A stretch of 64,000 nt of DNA from a virus (taxonomy: Duplodnaviria; Caudoviricetes), in the IMG/VR virus record IMGVR_UViG_2706796033_000001, positions 12,272-76,271 of that record, one strand, 5' to 3'. A program made the translations under genes and the position numbers. Below are positions 28,500 to 36,961 of this stretch, piece after piece. Below the pieces are notes generated by a model. That model made no database searches. It was not told the origin of the DNA and saw only the letters and a list, made by a program, of their open reading frames with translations. The number at the start of each line of letters is the position of its first letter. Within the stretch, counting starts at the first letter, position 1.

Positions 28500-29930
28500 A
28501 TGACGACGTTTTTGCAGAACCTAAGCGGACAGCTCAATACCACCCGCACGGAGAACGGCGATAAGGCGCACAAGTCGTCGCTTGATCCGGTGGTGGATTA
28601 CTTCGGCTTGGCGGGCGCTATGCGTGACCGTGCCGAGGCGAGCGCTGACCTGTTTGAGAAGGCGTTCAACGTTGACCCGCAGGCTGCCGTGCGGACCCTG
28701 TTTTATCTGCGTGATGTGCGCGGGGGCCAGGGGGAGCGCGACGTGTTCCGCGCTGGGCTTAAGCGCCTCTATGCCGTCGACCCGTACACGGCGATGGCCG
28801 TTACCGAGCATGTCCCGTTCTATGGGCGCTGGGATGACTTGTTCATCTTCGGGTCGCAGGTTCCGGCGGGCATCGGGGCGATCATTCGTGAGCAGTGGTC
28901 CGCCGACGTTGACGCTTACGAGCGCGGCGAGAAGGTCTCACTGCTGGCTAAGTGGCTGCCGTCCGATAAGAGCCGGTCGAACTTGGACCTGGCTATCGCG
29001 GTCCGCGAAATGCTGGGCCTGACTCAGCGCGAGTACCGCCAGACGCTTAGCGCGCTGCGGGGTCGTATCGACCTGCTTGAGCACGCGATGACGGAGGGCG
29101 TGTACGGCAACGTCGACTACGGCAAGATTCCGGCGCAGGCGCACCGCAAGCACGTTAAGGCGTTCCGGCGCAACGACGGTGAGCGGTACCAGGCGTTCCT
29201 AGACGCGGTGGACCGTGGCGAGGCCAAGGTGAACACGTCGACCCTGTACCCGTACGAGCTGTACGACATGGTTCGTAACGGTGACGCGGCTGCGGCTAAC
29301 ACGCTGTGGAACAACCTGCCTGACTACACGCGCCCCGGCCAGGACGCGATCGTTCTCGCGGACGTTTCAGGCTCGATGTGGGGTCGGCCTATGTCGGTGT
29401 CCGTGTCGCTGGCTTTGTACTTCGCAGAGCGCAACACAGGGCCGTATAAGGGCTACTTCATGACGTTCGCCTCTACGCCTGAGCTGGTGCAGGTGACCGG
29501 TAAGACGTTGAAGCAGAAGCTTCACGCTATCGAGCACTCGACTGGCTGGTGTGGGTCGACCGACTTGGAGGCCGCGTTTAAGGCGATCTTGCGGGCCGGT
29601 AAGCAGTCGGGCACCGTCCCGGCCACGCTCTACGTCGTGTCGGACATGCAGTTCAATCAGGCGCTTAACCACGCCGATCTGAGCGTGTTTGAGTCAGCCC
29701 GGCTGGACTTCAAGCGGGCGGGGCTTGAGCTGCCGCATGTCGTGTTCTGGAACGTCAACGCGCGCCACGATCAGCTCCCGGCCACGATCCTTGACGGGAA
29801 CGTGACGCTGGTGTCTGGCTTGGCGGCTACGACGTTCGGCATGGCCGTGGAGGGTAAGACCCCTCGTGAGCTGGTAGATGACGTGATCAACAGCGAGCGG
29901 TACTCGCGGATCAACGTTTACAGTTCCTAA
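28500..29930 (+). CDS. DUF2828-type Ro/TROVE-like RNA-binding protein with C-terminal vWA domain
   Basis: TENG, LFYLRDVRGGQGER, YGRWDDL, LLAKWLP; MIDAS DVSGSM...GSTD...SDMQF; VFWNV; AAGGAG RBS. Confidence 0.8.
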   Translation: MTTFLQNLSGQLNTTRTENGDKAHKSSLDPVVDYFGLAGAMRDRAEASADLFEKAFNVDPQAAVRTLFYLRDVRGGQGERDVFRAGLKRLYAVDPYTAMAVTEHVPFYGRWDDLFIFGSQVPAGIGAIIREQWSADVDAYERGEKVSLLAKWLPSDKSRSNLDLAIAVREMLGLTQREYRQTLSALRGRIDLLEHAMTEGVYGNVDYGKIPAQAHRKHVKAFRRNDGERYQAFLDAVDRGEAKVNTSTLYPYELYDMVRNGDAAAANTLWNNLPDYTRPGQDAIVLADVSGSMWGRPMSVSVSLALYFAERNTGPYKGYFMTFASTPELVQVTGKTLKQKLHAIEHSTGWCGSTDLEAAFKAILRAGKQSGTVPATLYVVSDMQFNQALNHADLSVFESARLDFKRAGLELPHVVFWNVNARHDQLPATILDGNVTLVSGLAATTFGMAVEGKTPRELVDDVINSERYSRINVYSS

Positions 29931-29969
29931 TGTTTCCGATACCGGGGACCGCCCCGGTATCTTTAAACA

Positions 29970-30229
29970 TGTGGACGCTAACAGCAACTAAAACTGTTTG
30001 CGGATAACAATAAAATGCGTCCAGTTAAAACGTGTGGACTCCTACAGCAATTACACTGCTTCCACTGTTAATGGCGAGGTCTGGGTTCGAGTCCCAGTAG
30101 CGGCCCTGTGTCGCTGTAGCTTAAGGGCAGAGCGCGTACGCAAAAAACGGAGTCCAGTAAGCGGCTGTGGTCACTAACAGCAATCCCTATGAAATCTGTT
30201 GCCAAAACTGATAATCAAATGTGACCAGT
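29970..30229 (+). ncRNA. Array of three stem-closed Y-RNA-like units (29970-30025, 30033-30158, 30166-30229)
   Basis: Each unit starts TGTGG-N4-T(A)ACAGCAA and ends with the complement of its own 5' stem + GT. Unit 2 contains a permuted tRNA. Confidence 0.7.
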
Positions 30230-30246
30230 CCTGCCGCGCCAGATCA

Positions 30247-30287
30247 GCCCCGTATCCAGTCTTAGCCGACTGGCCGGGGCTTTTTTG
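30247..30287 (+). terminator. Intrinsic terminator after the RNA array
   Basis: GCCCCG...CCAGTC/GACTGG...CGGGGC + TTTTTT. Confidence 0.7.
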
Positions 30288-30431
30288 TGCCCTAAGAAAG
30301 GATTTACATGCCTGGACCAATGTCCGCGCCGAACGGAAACGCGCTGATCACCTACAGCGCCGAGGCGCGTAAGAAAGCCGGTCGCACCGGCAAGACGGAA
30401 GCTGTGAAAGCCCGTAAGGGGGAGAAGAAGA

Positions 30432-30767
30432 ATGCGTAAGGGAATCGTCGCAGTCGTCCTCGTCGGCGCATTGTCGCTGGTCGGGTGCGCCACTCAGAAT
30501 CAGCACTGGGAGCGCGGCTGCAAGGTCCAGTCAAAGGACATGCTGTACGGCAGCAACAGCGACGGCGGCACGACGCGCACTAAGCGCATTAGCACCACAT
30601 GCGGGGCGTTCGACGTAGAGGACGCTATCGAGGTCGGCCACATGAACAGCTACGACCTGTGGGCCAAGCTCGAAGAGGGCAAGACCTACGACCTCAAAGT
30701 CGGCGGGCTGCGCAACGGGTTCCTGTCCATGTTCCCCACGGTGTTGGAGGTTAAGGATGCCGGTTAG
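30432..30767 (+). CDS. Lipoprotein
   Basis: Lipobox LVGC. Confidence 0.65.
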   Translation: MRKGIVAVVLVGALSLVGCATQNQHWERGCKVQSKDMLYGSNSDGGTTRTKRISTTCGAFDVEDAIEVGHMNSYDLWAKLEEGKTYDLKVGGLRNGFLSMFPTVLEVKDAG

Positions 30768-31056
30768 CGTTAGCGAAGCGATCCGCCGCTACCAGGAGGC
30801 GCAGGCACAGGAGCGCGGCGAGACTCTGCCGGAGAAGTTCTACCCGGTGCCTAACCGGCGCTCCATCCGCGCGCATCGCTTCGGCGGCTTCCGTGAGGGC
30901 ATGGGCACCGGTGATTCGTTCGTGTTGGTCAGGCCATACCGGTCGCGTATTCAGCGCGGCAAGTCTCGTCCTCAGCCGCGCGGGCAGATCGTTAGGCGTG
31001 GCTTTAACGATTACGTCGAAAACGGTCCGGATTCCATGCGGGGCCGCGTGCTGTGA
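30757..31056 (+). CDS. Hypothetical protein
   Basis: GGAGG RBS, overlapping genes. Confidence 0.5.
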   Translation: MPVSVSEAIRRYQEAQAQERGETLPEKFYPVPNRRSIRAHRFGGFREGMGTGDSFVLVRPYRSRIQRGKSRPQPRGQIVRRGFNDYVENGPDSMRGRVL

Positions 31057-31241
31057 TGCCGACGAAGAACCTCGTCAGCGTCCTACTTAACGACGGCCAG
31101 AAGTTCGACTTTGTGACGAAAACCCTGCCACAGGAAAGCGCGGCGGGGTCGCTGACAATCATGCTTAGCGACTCGTACCTGGTTTACGGGCCGGGCCGTT
31201 GGATTAGCTACGGAGTTAAGGAACACGATGGAGAACCCTGA
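31053..31241 (+). CDS. Hypothetical protein
   Basis: GTGA overlap. Confidence 0.45.
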   Translation: MMPTKNLVSVLLNDGQKFDFVTKTLPQESAAGSLTIMLSDSYLVYGPGRWISYGVKEHDGEP

Positions 31242-31428
31242 AATTGGCACAGTCCTCCGTAAGGACTTTGCAGAGGAGTTAGGTCCAGGCACGTTCGACC
31301 TGTACGTGTTCACCCTGCGCGGATGGGTATTTGTCGACCAATACGGCCTTCCGCAGGTCAATGTCGTCGCCCCGCGTGACAGTGACACGCGGCTGGTCCA
31401 GTTGCATCCGAAGGTTAGCGAGGATTAA
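31228..31428 (+). CDS. Hypothetical protein
   Basis: AAGGA RBS. Confidence 0.45.
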   Translation: MENPEIGTVLRKDFAEELGPGTFDLYVFTLRGWVFVDQYGLPQVNVVAPRDSDTRLVQLHPKVSED

Positions 31429-31469
31429 TCACTGATTATCAAGTAAAGCGCGACTACTGGGACCGTCCG

Positions 31470-32402
31470 ATGGTTTACCCACCGGACTTCCAGGGTCCGC
31501 TAACGGGGGAATGGCGCGAAGGTAGGGGGCGCGATGGAAAGCACAAGCGCTGGTGGTACTCCAAAGACGCCAAGGGATATAGCCGGGCGTCCGGTGCGGG
31601 CAAAGGTCTCGACACCAAGGATGGGCTTATCGACTGGGCAGCCTGTCAGGCAGCCGTTGGCATCCTCTTGGACGCCTCCGCGCGCTCAGAGGTCGCAACG
31701 CTTATCAACGAGTACGACGCCGACCCCTGGTACAAGGGAGACGACGGCGGCACCCGCTCCGGCAAAGAGCGGCTTAAAGCTGCTGTTGAGCAAGCGCGTA
31801 ACACTGCCGGTCAGCACACTGCTGCTTCTGCTGGCACTGAGTTCCATAAGCTCGGTGAGCTACGCAATAAGGGCGAAACGCCGCGCGTAATTCAGGAGCA
31901 TCTAAAGGAACCGCTGGCGAAGTACGACAAAGCGGTCGAACCTATCGAGTTCATTGACCAGGAAATGCTTATCGTTAACGACAAGCTGGAACTGTGCGGC
32001 TCGGTGGATTACCTCATGGCGCTGCCGCCAGGGATCACTACGCCGGATGGCGTTAAGCACGACAAAGAGCTTGTCGTTGTGGGCGACCTTAAGACCGGGC
32101 GTTGGGACGCTAAGCGCCCTATGGGTGTGACCTGCCAGTTGGCGGCTTATGGGACGGGTCTGCGTTACGACCAGGAGACGAATACCCGTACTCCGCTGCA
32201 TAACCAGATCAATAACAAATGGGGAGTGATGGTTCATTTCCCAATCATGACTAAGAATCCTCAGGTCAAGTTCTATTGGGTGGACCTTGAGCTGGGGTTG
32301 CAAGCGGCCTTGCTCGGTAAGCAAGTCGAGGCTATGCGCCGCGTTTTCAATTCTAAGGATTCAGAGCTTAAGGAGTTGAGCCTTGACCGTTATCAGTGGT
32401 AG
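31470..32402 (+). CDS. PD-(D/E)XK (RecB/Cas4-like) exonuclease
   Basis: AGTEFH, E..IV...LCGSVD, GDLKTG, QLAAY; sits next to ERF. Confidence 0.8.
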   Translation: MVYPPDFQGPLTGEWREGRGRDGKHKRWWYSKDAKGYSRASGAGKGLDTKDGLIDWAACQAAVGILLDASARSEVATLINEYDADPWYKGDDGGTRSGKERLKAAVEQARNTAGQHTAASAGTEFHKLGELRNKGETPRVIQEHLKEPLAKYDKAVEPIEFIDQEMLIVNDKLELCGSVDYLMALPPGITTPDGVKHDKELVVVGDLKTGRWDAKRPMGVTCQLAAYGTGLRYDQETNTRTPLHNQINNKWGVMVHFPIMTKNPQVKFYWVDLELGLQAALLGKQVEAMRRVFNSKDSELKELSLDRYQW

Positions 32403-32700
32403 CCGGGAGACCAGCTTGGCGGCTTTCGAGTCGCTGGATAAGGACTATCTGCGGGAGTCGCAGAAAGCAGTGCTTAAGGCACTGGGCCGGTTGCGTAAGG
32501 GCGGTACGGATACCGATATCGCGCGTGTTTACAACCGGTCCAAATGGGGCGCGGTCCTGCCTCAGTCGCCTTCGGGTCTGCGGACTCGTCGGTCGGAGCT
32601 GGTGAGGCAGGGGCTTGTGGTGGATACCGGCGTGCGTAAGCGGCTGGCGAGTGGTCGTCAGTCCGTGGTGTGGGCCAAGGCGAAGAACGGGGTTAAGTGA
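32383..32700 (+). CDS. Putative HTH DNA-binding protein
   Basis: SGLRTRRSELV..GLVVDTG motif. Confidence 0.55.
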   Translation: MTVISGSRETSLAAFESLDKDYLRESQKAVLKALGRLRKGGTDTDIARVYNRSKWGAVLPQSPSGLRTRRSELVRQGLVVDTGVRKRLASGRQSVVWAKAKNGVK

Positions 32701-33449
32701 CGGCTACCAAAGCGGACCTAGAGACCGCTCTCGCGGAGGCGGACGCCAAGATCGAGTCCCTTGAGGAGGAGCTTAAGAACGCTCCCAAGTGGGATAAGTC
32801 CGACACGCCTACCGTCTTTGAGGCGTGGAATCGCGTCATGCGCGACGTGCAGTTCCTTAGTAAGAACTCGCGCAACGAACAGCAGAGGTTCAACTTCCGA
32901 GGCATTGACGCGGTAATGAACGCGGTCGGCCCGGTGCTGCGTGAGCACGGCGTGATCGTTGTTCCTACGGGTGTTGAGCATGAAGCGGAGCGGTACCTGT
33001 CGAAGAGTGGCGCACAGATGTGTAACCGCACTGCCGCGATGACTTACCGGGTGTACGGACCGGCTGGCGACTATTTCGACGGGACTGCGGTCGGTGAGGC
33101 CGCAGATTCAGGCGACAAGTCGATGACTAAGGCTGAGTCGGTTGCGCTGAGGACGTTCCTGCTGCAATCGCTGATGCTGCCGACTGACGATCCGGACCCT
33201 GACGCTAGCTCACATGAGCGGGCGGTGCCGGTTCGTAGCCAGGCCGCTACGCCGCCTCCGGTTGGTAACGCGGATTCTGCTGCCGCCCGCGCCAAGCTGC
33301 GCGAGCTGGCGACCTCTAAGAACTGGGACTTGAACGGGATTGCGAACAAGTTCGCAGAGCACAACAAGGGTCGGGAGCTTAAGGACGCCACTGCCGAAGA
33401 GGTCACGGCATTTACGAACCTTCTAGAGACAGGGGCGGTGACCGTCTAA
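32697..33449 (+). CDS. ERF-family ssDNA annealing protein
   Basis: FNFRGIDAV.NAV.P, GEA.DSGDK...KA.SVA. Confidence 0.85.
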   Translation: MTATKADLETALAEADAKIESLEEELKNAPKWDKSDTPTVFEAWNRVMRDVQFLSKNSRNEQQRFNFRGIDAVMNAVGPVLREHGVIVVPTGVEHEAERYLSKSGAQMCNRTAAMTYRVYGPAGDYFDGTAVGEAADSGDKSMTKAESVALRTFLLQSLMLPTDDPDPDASSHERAVPVRSQAATPPPVGNADSAAARAKLRELATSKNWDLNGIANKFAEHNKGRELKDATAEEVTAFTNLLETGAVTV

Positions 33450-33649
33450 TGATCAACAGCACGATTGCGGGTATCCCTGTGGAGCTGGTCGACGCTCCAC
33501 AGGGCATCACCATTCCGTGTGAGCTTTGTTTCGTTAAAGAGGCTGAGTTCGCAGTAGGTTCCTACGATCACAAGCTGCTGTGCGAAGGCTGCCTTGATTA
33601 CGGGGATTCGCGCCGGTTCTGGAACTTGGAACCGAGGCAGGCTCTGTGA
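33449..33649 (+). CDS. Small Zn-finger hypothetical protein
   Basis: CELC...CEGC. Confidence 0.45.
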   Translation: MINSTIAGIPVELVDAPQGITIPCELCFVKEAEFAVGSYDHKLLCEGCLDYGDSRRFWNLEPRQAL

Positions 33650-33924
33650 GTGATGTTCTACCTGAATCTCAGGTGTTCGACGCGGACACATTCATCGGCA
33701 TTTTCCAGCCGGGCGACAGCGACCACGGCTGGCCTAACGAGCTGCAATACCTCTGGACGGCAGACCAGGCACGTACCTTGGCGCTGCTTGACGAGGTTGT
33801 CTCGGCGGGTGGAATCACTAAGCCGGTTTCAGTTGGCCCCGATAAGAGGGTTTGGGATGGGCACCACCGCGTAGCCATCGCTTTAGCGCTGCGCATTCCT
33901 TTGCCTGTCGAGTTCGTCAAGTAA
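33646..33924 (+). CDS. ParB/Srx-like domain protein
   Basis: GI..PV.V....VWDGHHRV. Confidence 0.65.
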   Translation: MSDVLPESQVFDADTFIGIFQPGDSDHGWPNELQYLWTADQARTLALLDEVVSAGGITKPVSVGPDKRVWDGHHRVAIALALRIPLPVEFVK

Positions 33925-33933
33925 GGGGGAACG

Positions 33934-34293
33934 TTGAGTGAGTACAATCCGGTCTCCGTAGAGCAGGAAATCTTAGCGACCGTTAACGATATCTCGGCAG
34001 GGATTATCACGGCGCGGGATGCTCACGAGAAAAAGCTAGAGACTGAGCGCGCCTACAAGCGTGCTTACGCTCGCGCGTTCATGGCACATAAGGGTCCGCA
34101 GACAGAGAAAAAGGTCGCGGCGAACATCGTTGAGGATGTTATGAACGCCGAGGACGAGCGGGACGCTTGGGCTGTCGCTTACGAGTACGCGAAGGACAAC
34201 AACCGGGCGCTTAGCTCAAAGCTGGACGCTATCCGGTCGGTGGGCGCTTCGGTGCGTCAGGCATACGCGAACGCTGGCCGTGGCGAGTGGTGA
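33934..34293 (+). CDS. Hypothetical coiled-coil protein
   Basis: AAGGGGG RBS, helical sequence. Confidence 0.55.
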   Translation: MSEYNPVSVEQEILATVNDISAGIITARDAHEKKLETERAYKRAYARAFMAHKGPQTEKKVAANIVEDVMNAEDERDAWAVAYEYAKDNNRALSSKLDAIRSVGASVRQAYANAGRGEW

Positions 34294-34621
34294 GAAGAAA
34301 TGCCGGGAACTGGTCTATGAGCGGGCCGACCGCTTCTGTGAGCGGTGCTGCCGCAATGGGCCAGTTTTCAGCGTTCACCACAGGTTAAAGCGGTCGCACG
34401 GCGGGCTATGGACCGCAGATAACTGCGTGCTGCTGTGCGGGACCGGCGTTCAGGGCTGCCACGGCTGGATAGAGCACAACGCTAATGCCGCGAGCGATGA
34501 GGGCTGGCATGTCCGCGCTTGGGAAATCCCGGCGCAAGTCCCGGTCCTGTATCGGGGCAATGATTGGTCACTTTTAACAGCGGAGGGTGAGCGTGTCCGA
34601 GTTTGGAAAAATCCACCGTAA
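34280..34621 (+). CDS. HNH endonuclease
   Basis: CERC...HHR..RSHGG...N...LC....CH. Confidence 0.8.
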   Translation: MASGEKKCRELVYERADRFCERCCRNGPVFSVHHRLKRSHGGLWTADNCVLLCGTGVQGCHGWIEHNANAASDEGWHVRAWEIPAQVPVLYRGNDWSLLTAEGERVRVWKNPP

Positions 34622-35273
34622 GTTCTGGGACCACCCAAAGGCTAAGCAGGCTGGCAACGCTGCGCTTGGCCTTTGGGCTAAAGCCAACGCGTGGACTCGG
34701 GATAACCGATCCGGAGGGTTCGTCCCGCGCGAGGTGGCCCTAGAGCTGGGAACACGCGACGAGGCCAATGCCCTGGTCAAGGCCGGGCTTTGGCGCAGGG
34801 TCGATAAGGACGGCGAGTTCATCGGCGTTCAGTTCAACGATTACGAGCATTGGAACGATGACGTTGAGCCGAACACTGAGGCAGGCAAGCTGGTCCGCAA
34901 GACCATTCCGGAGTCACACCCATTCGCCATTCGGCAACAGCTAGTCAAAAAGACAGCTGAGCTGCTGCGTGAGGGTATCGACCAGGAAATTATGGAGCGC
35001 GCACTTAACCTCTGGCTCGCTAAGGACTTTGGGCCGGGCATTCTGCCCAGCCTGGTCAGCGAGGCACAGAAAGAGGCGCAGCGCGCGGCCACGCTAAGGA
35101 ACACGATCACTGAGTGCCTTAAGACGGGGCAGGTTTCACCGCTTAAGGCTTACGGATACATCTTCTCGCCTCCCGTACCGCCGGATGGACTTGACGTGAA
35201 CTCGCGCCGAGCTTGGATGGATCGCGCTAAACGGGACTGGCTGAATGAACTCCGTGGAAGGGTTGCAGCTTGA
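34587..35273 (+). CDS. Putative replication initiator/helicase loader
   Basis: FWDHPK...AGNAALGLW motif, directly upstream of DnaB. Confidence 0.55.
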   Translation: MSVSEFGKIHRKFWDHPKAKQAGNAALGLWAKANAWTRDNRSGGFVPREVALELGTRDEANALVKAGLWRRVDKDGEFIGVQFNDYEHWNDDVEPNTEAGKLVRKTIPESHPFAIRQQLVKKTAELLREGIDQEIMERALNLWLAKDFGPGILPSLVSEAQKEAQRAATLRNTITECLKTGQVSPLKAYGYIFSPPVPPDGLDVNSRRAWMDRAKRDWLNELRGRVAA

Positions 35274-36535
35274 CTGAGGCACAGCCACCTAATGATCAGA
35301 CTGCCGAGCAGTGCGTTATTGGGTCGCTACTCCTGTCGTCTAAGGCGCTTAACACGCTTTCGACGTTAATTACCGCTGAGGACTTCTACCGTCCGATTCA
35401 CGCGGACATTTTCACGGCTGCGATGGCTCTGCAGGCTGCCGGTGAGGCGGTCGACGCAATGACCGTCGCTAAGGAACTCGAGACGCGCGGCCAGCTCCGC
35501 AAGATCGGCGGGGCACCGTACCTGCTGACCTGCATGGAGAACACACCTACCGCTACCAACGCTGAGGCGTACGCGCGGATGGTGCTGGACAAGGCGAAGC
35601 TGCGGCGGATGGCAGAGCTGGGCACCCGGCTTAAGCAACTGGCGTACGCGGAGACCACGACCAGTGACGACGTTGCTTGCCTGCTGGGGGAGGGTGAGAA
35701 GTTCTTCCGCCAGGAGCATGAGCCTGACGACCGGGCGCTTGGGTTCGGCAGAATGATTGAGTCCTGGGAGCACTGGCAGACGACCGCAGAGGGCTATATC
35801 AAGACGCCTTGGGAAGCGCTGAATGCGCGCCTGAATGGTGGTCTACAGCGCGGCAGGCTCTACACGATTGCGGCTAGGCCGGGCGTCGGAAAGAGTGTCG
35901 CTGCGTTGCAGCTAGCGAGCAATGCGGCCTTTTGGGGTTTCCCGTCCGCGTTCTTCACGCTGGAAATGTCGACCGACGAGGTTACGTCGCGGTTGATGGC
36001 TGCCGGGTCGAGTGTCGACTTCTCAAAGATCATGCGTAAGGACTTGGACCTTACCGACCGCGAGAAGATCGACAATTTCATTAAGTTGAACGACACCATT
36101 CCGCTACAGGTGGTGGACCGCGCAACGATCACTACAGAGCAGATCGTGGCTCACTGCCGGTCGGTCGGAAACCTAGGCGTCGTAGTCGTGGACTACCTGC
36201 AACTGGTTAAGCCGTCCGATAGCAAGGTGTCGCGCGAACAGCAGGTGTCGCACATGTCGCGGTCACTCAAGATTGCGGCGCGTGAGCTGAACGTGGCGAT
36301 GGTCCAGTGTGCCCAGTTGAATCGCGGCCCCGTTAAGGACGGTAAGCCGCGCGCTCCGACTATTGCGGACCTACGCGAGTCGGGAGCGATTGAACAGGAT
36401 AGCGACGTGGTTCTCCTGCTGCATAACGACGAGGACGACCCCGGCATTATCCAAATGATTATCGGTAAGAACCGGAACGGGAGAATGGGTGACCTTGCGC
36501 TCAATTTCGAGGGGCATTACCAGCGAATCACGTAA
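35270..36535 (+). CDS. dnaB: DnaB-like replicative helicase
   Basis: AARPGVGKS, FTLEM, DYLQL, QLNR, DLRESGAIEQDSD, KNRNG. Confidence 0.95.
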   Translation: MTEAQPPNDQTAEQCVIGSLLLSSKALNTLSTLITAEDFYRPIHADIFTAAMALQAAGEAVDAMTVAKELETRGQLRKIGGAPYLLTCMENTPTATNAEAYARMVLDKAKLRRMAELGTRLKQLAYAETTTSDDVACLLGEGEKFFRQEHEPDDRALGFGRMIESWEHWQTTAEGYIKTPWEALNARLNGGLQRGRLYTIAARPGVGKSVAALQLASNAAFWGFPSAFFTLEMSTDEVTSRLMAAGSSVDFSKIMRKDLDLTDREKIDNFIKLNDTIPLQVVDRATITTEQIVAHCRSVGNLGVVVVDYLQLVKPSDSKVSREQQVSHMSRSLKIAARELNVAMVQCAQLNRGPVKDGKPRAPTIADLRESGAIEQDSDVVLLLHNDEDDPGIIQMIIGKNRNGRMGDLALNFEGHYQRIT

Positions 36536-36551
36536 AGCCATTGAAGCGCTT

Positions 36552-36812
36552 ATGTCACCTAAGCCGCTTATGTGGCAGGACGAGGCGGCGTGCGCGGGCG
36601 ACTCACGCTTCACCGCGCGCCTTGACTGGCTAGATGCGTCCGACCTTCACGAAATGGACGCCATGTGCGGGGAATGTCCCGTATTCGAGCAGTGCAATAA
36701 GTGGGCTTCGACTCAGAATGAGGACGGCTCTCCTGCCGTCGTTGAGGTATTCGCAGCGGGTCATTGGAGGCAACCGAAATGGATGAGTACGACGACGACT
36801 ACCACGACGTAG
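36552..36812 (+). CDS. WhiB-like protein
   Basis: W..EAAC...CGECPV..QC. Confidence 0.55.
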   Translation: MSPKPLMWQDEAACAGDSRFTARLDWLDASDLHEMDAMCGECPVFEQCNKWASTQNEDGSPAVVEVFAAGHWRQPKWMSTTTTTTT

Positions 36813-36961
36813 ACGAGGAGTATCCACGTGACTAATCCAGACGACGACTATGAAAACCCAATCGGCGAAGTCCTAGACGAGGACACGGTTAGCGACCTTA
36901 GGGCTACCCACTTCGTTTACTCGATTGCCGGTCTGCTTGGAATCAAGACAGGAGCGCCCTG

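Noticed and set aside
30062-30140. Ordinary tRNA-Asn gene
   Set aside because: Arm order is permuted and the acceptor stem is closed by a loop; a normal tRNA-Asn exists at 53587.
29970-30229. Mini CRISPR array
   Set aside because: Repeats are not identical, each unit is closed by its own co-varying stem, interiors vary about 2-fold in length, and there is no cas operon. The nearby PD-(D/E)XK nuclease pairs with ERF for recombination.
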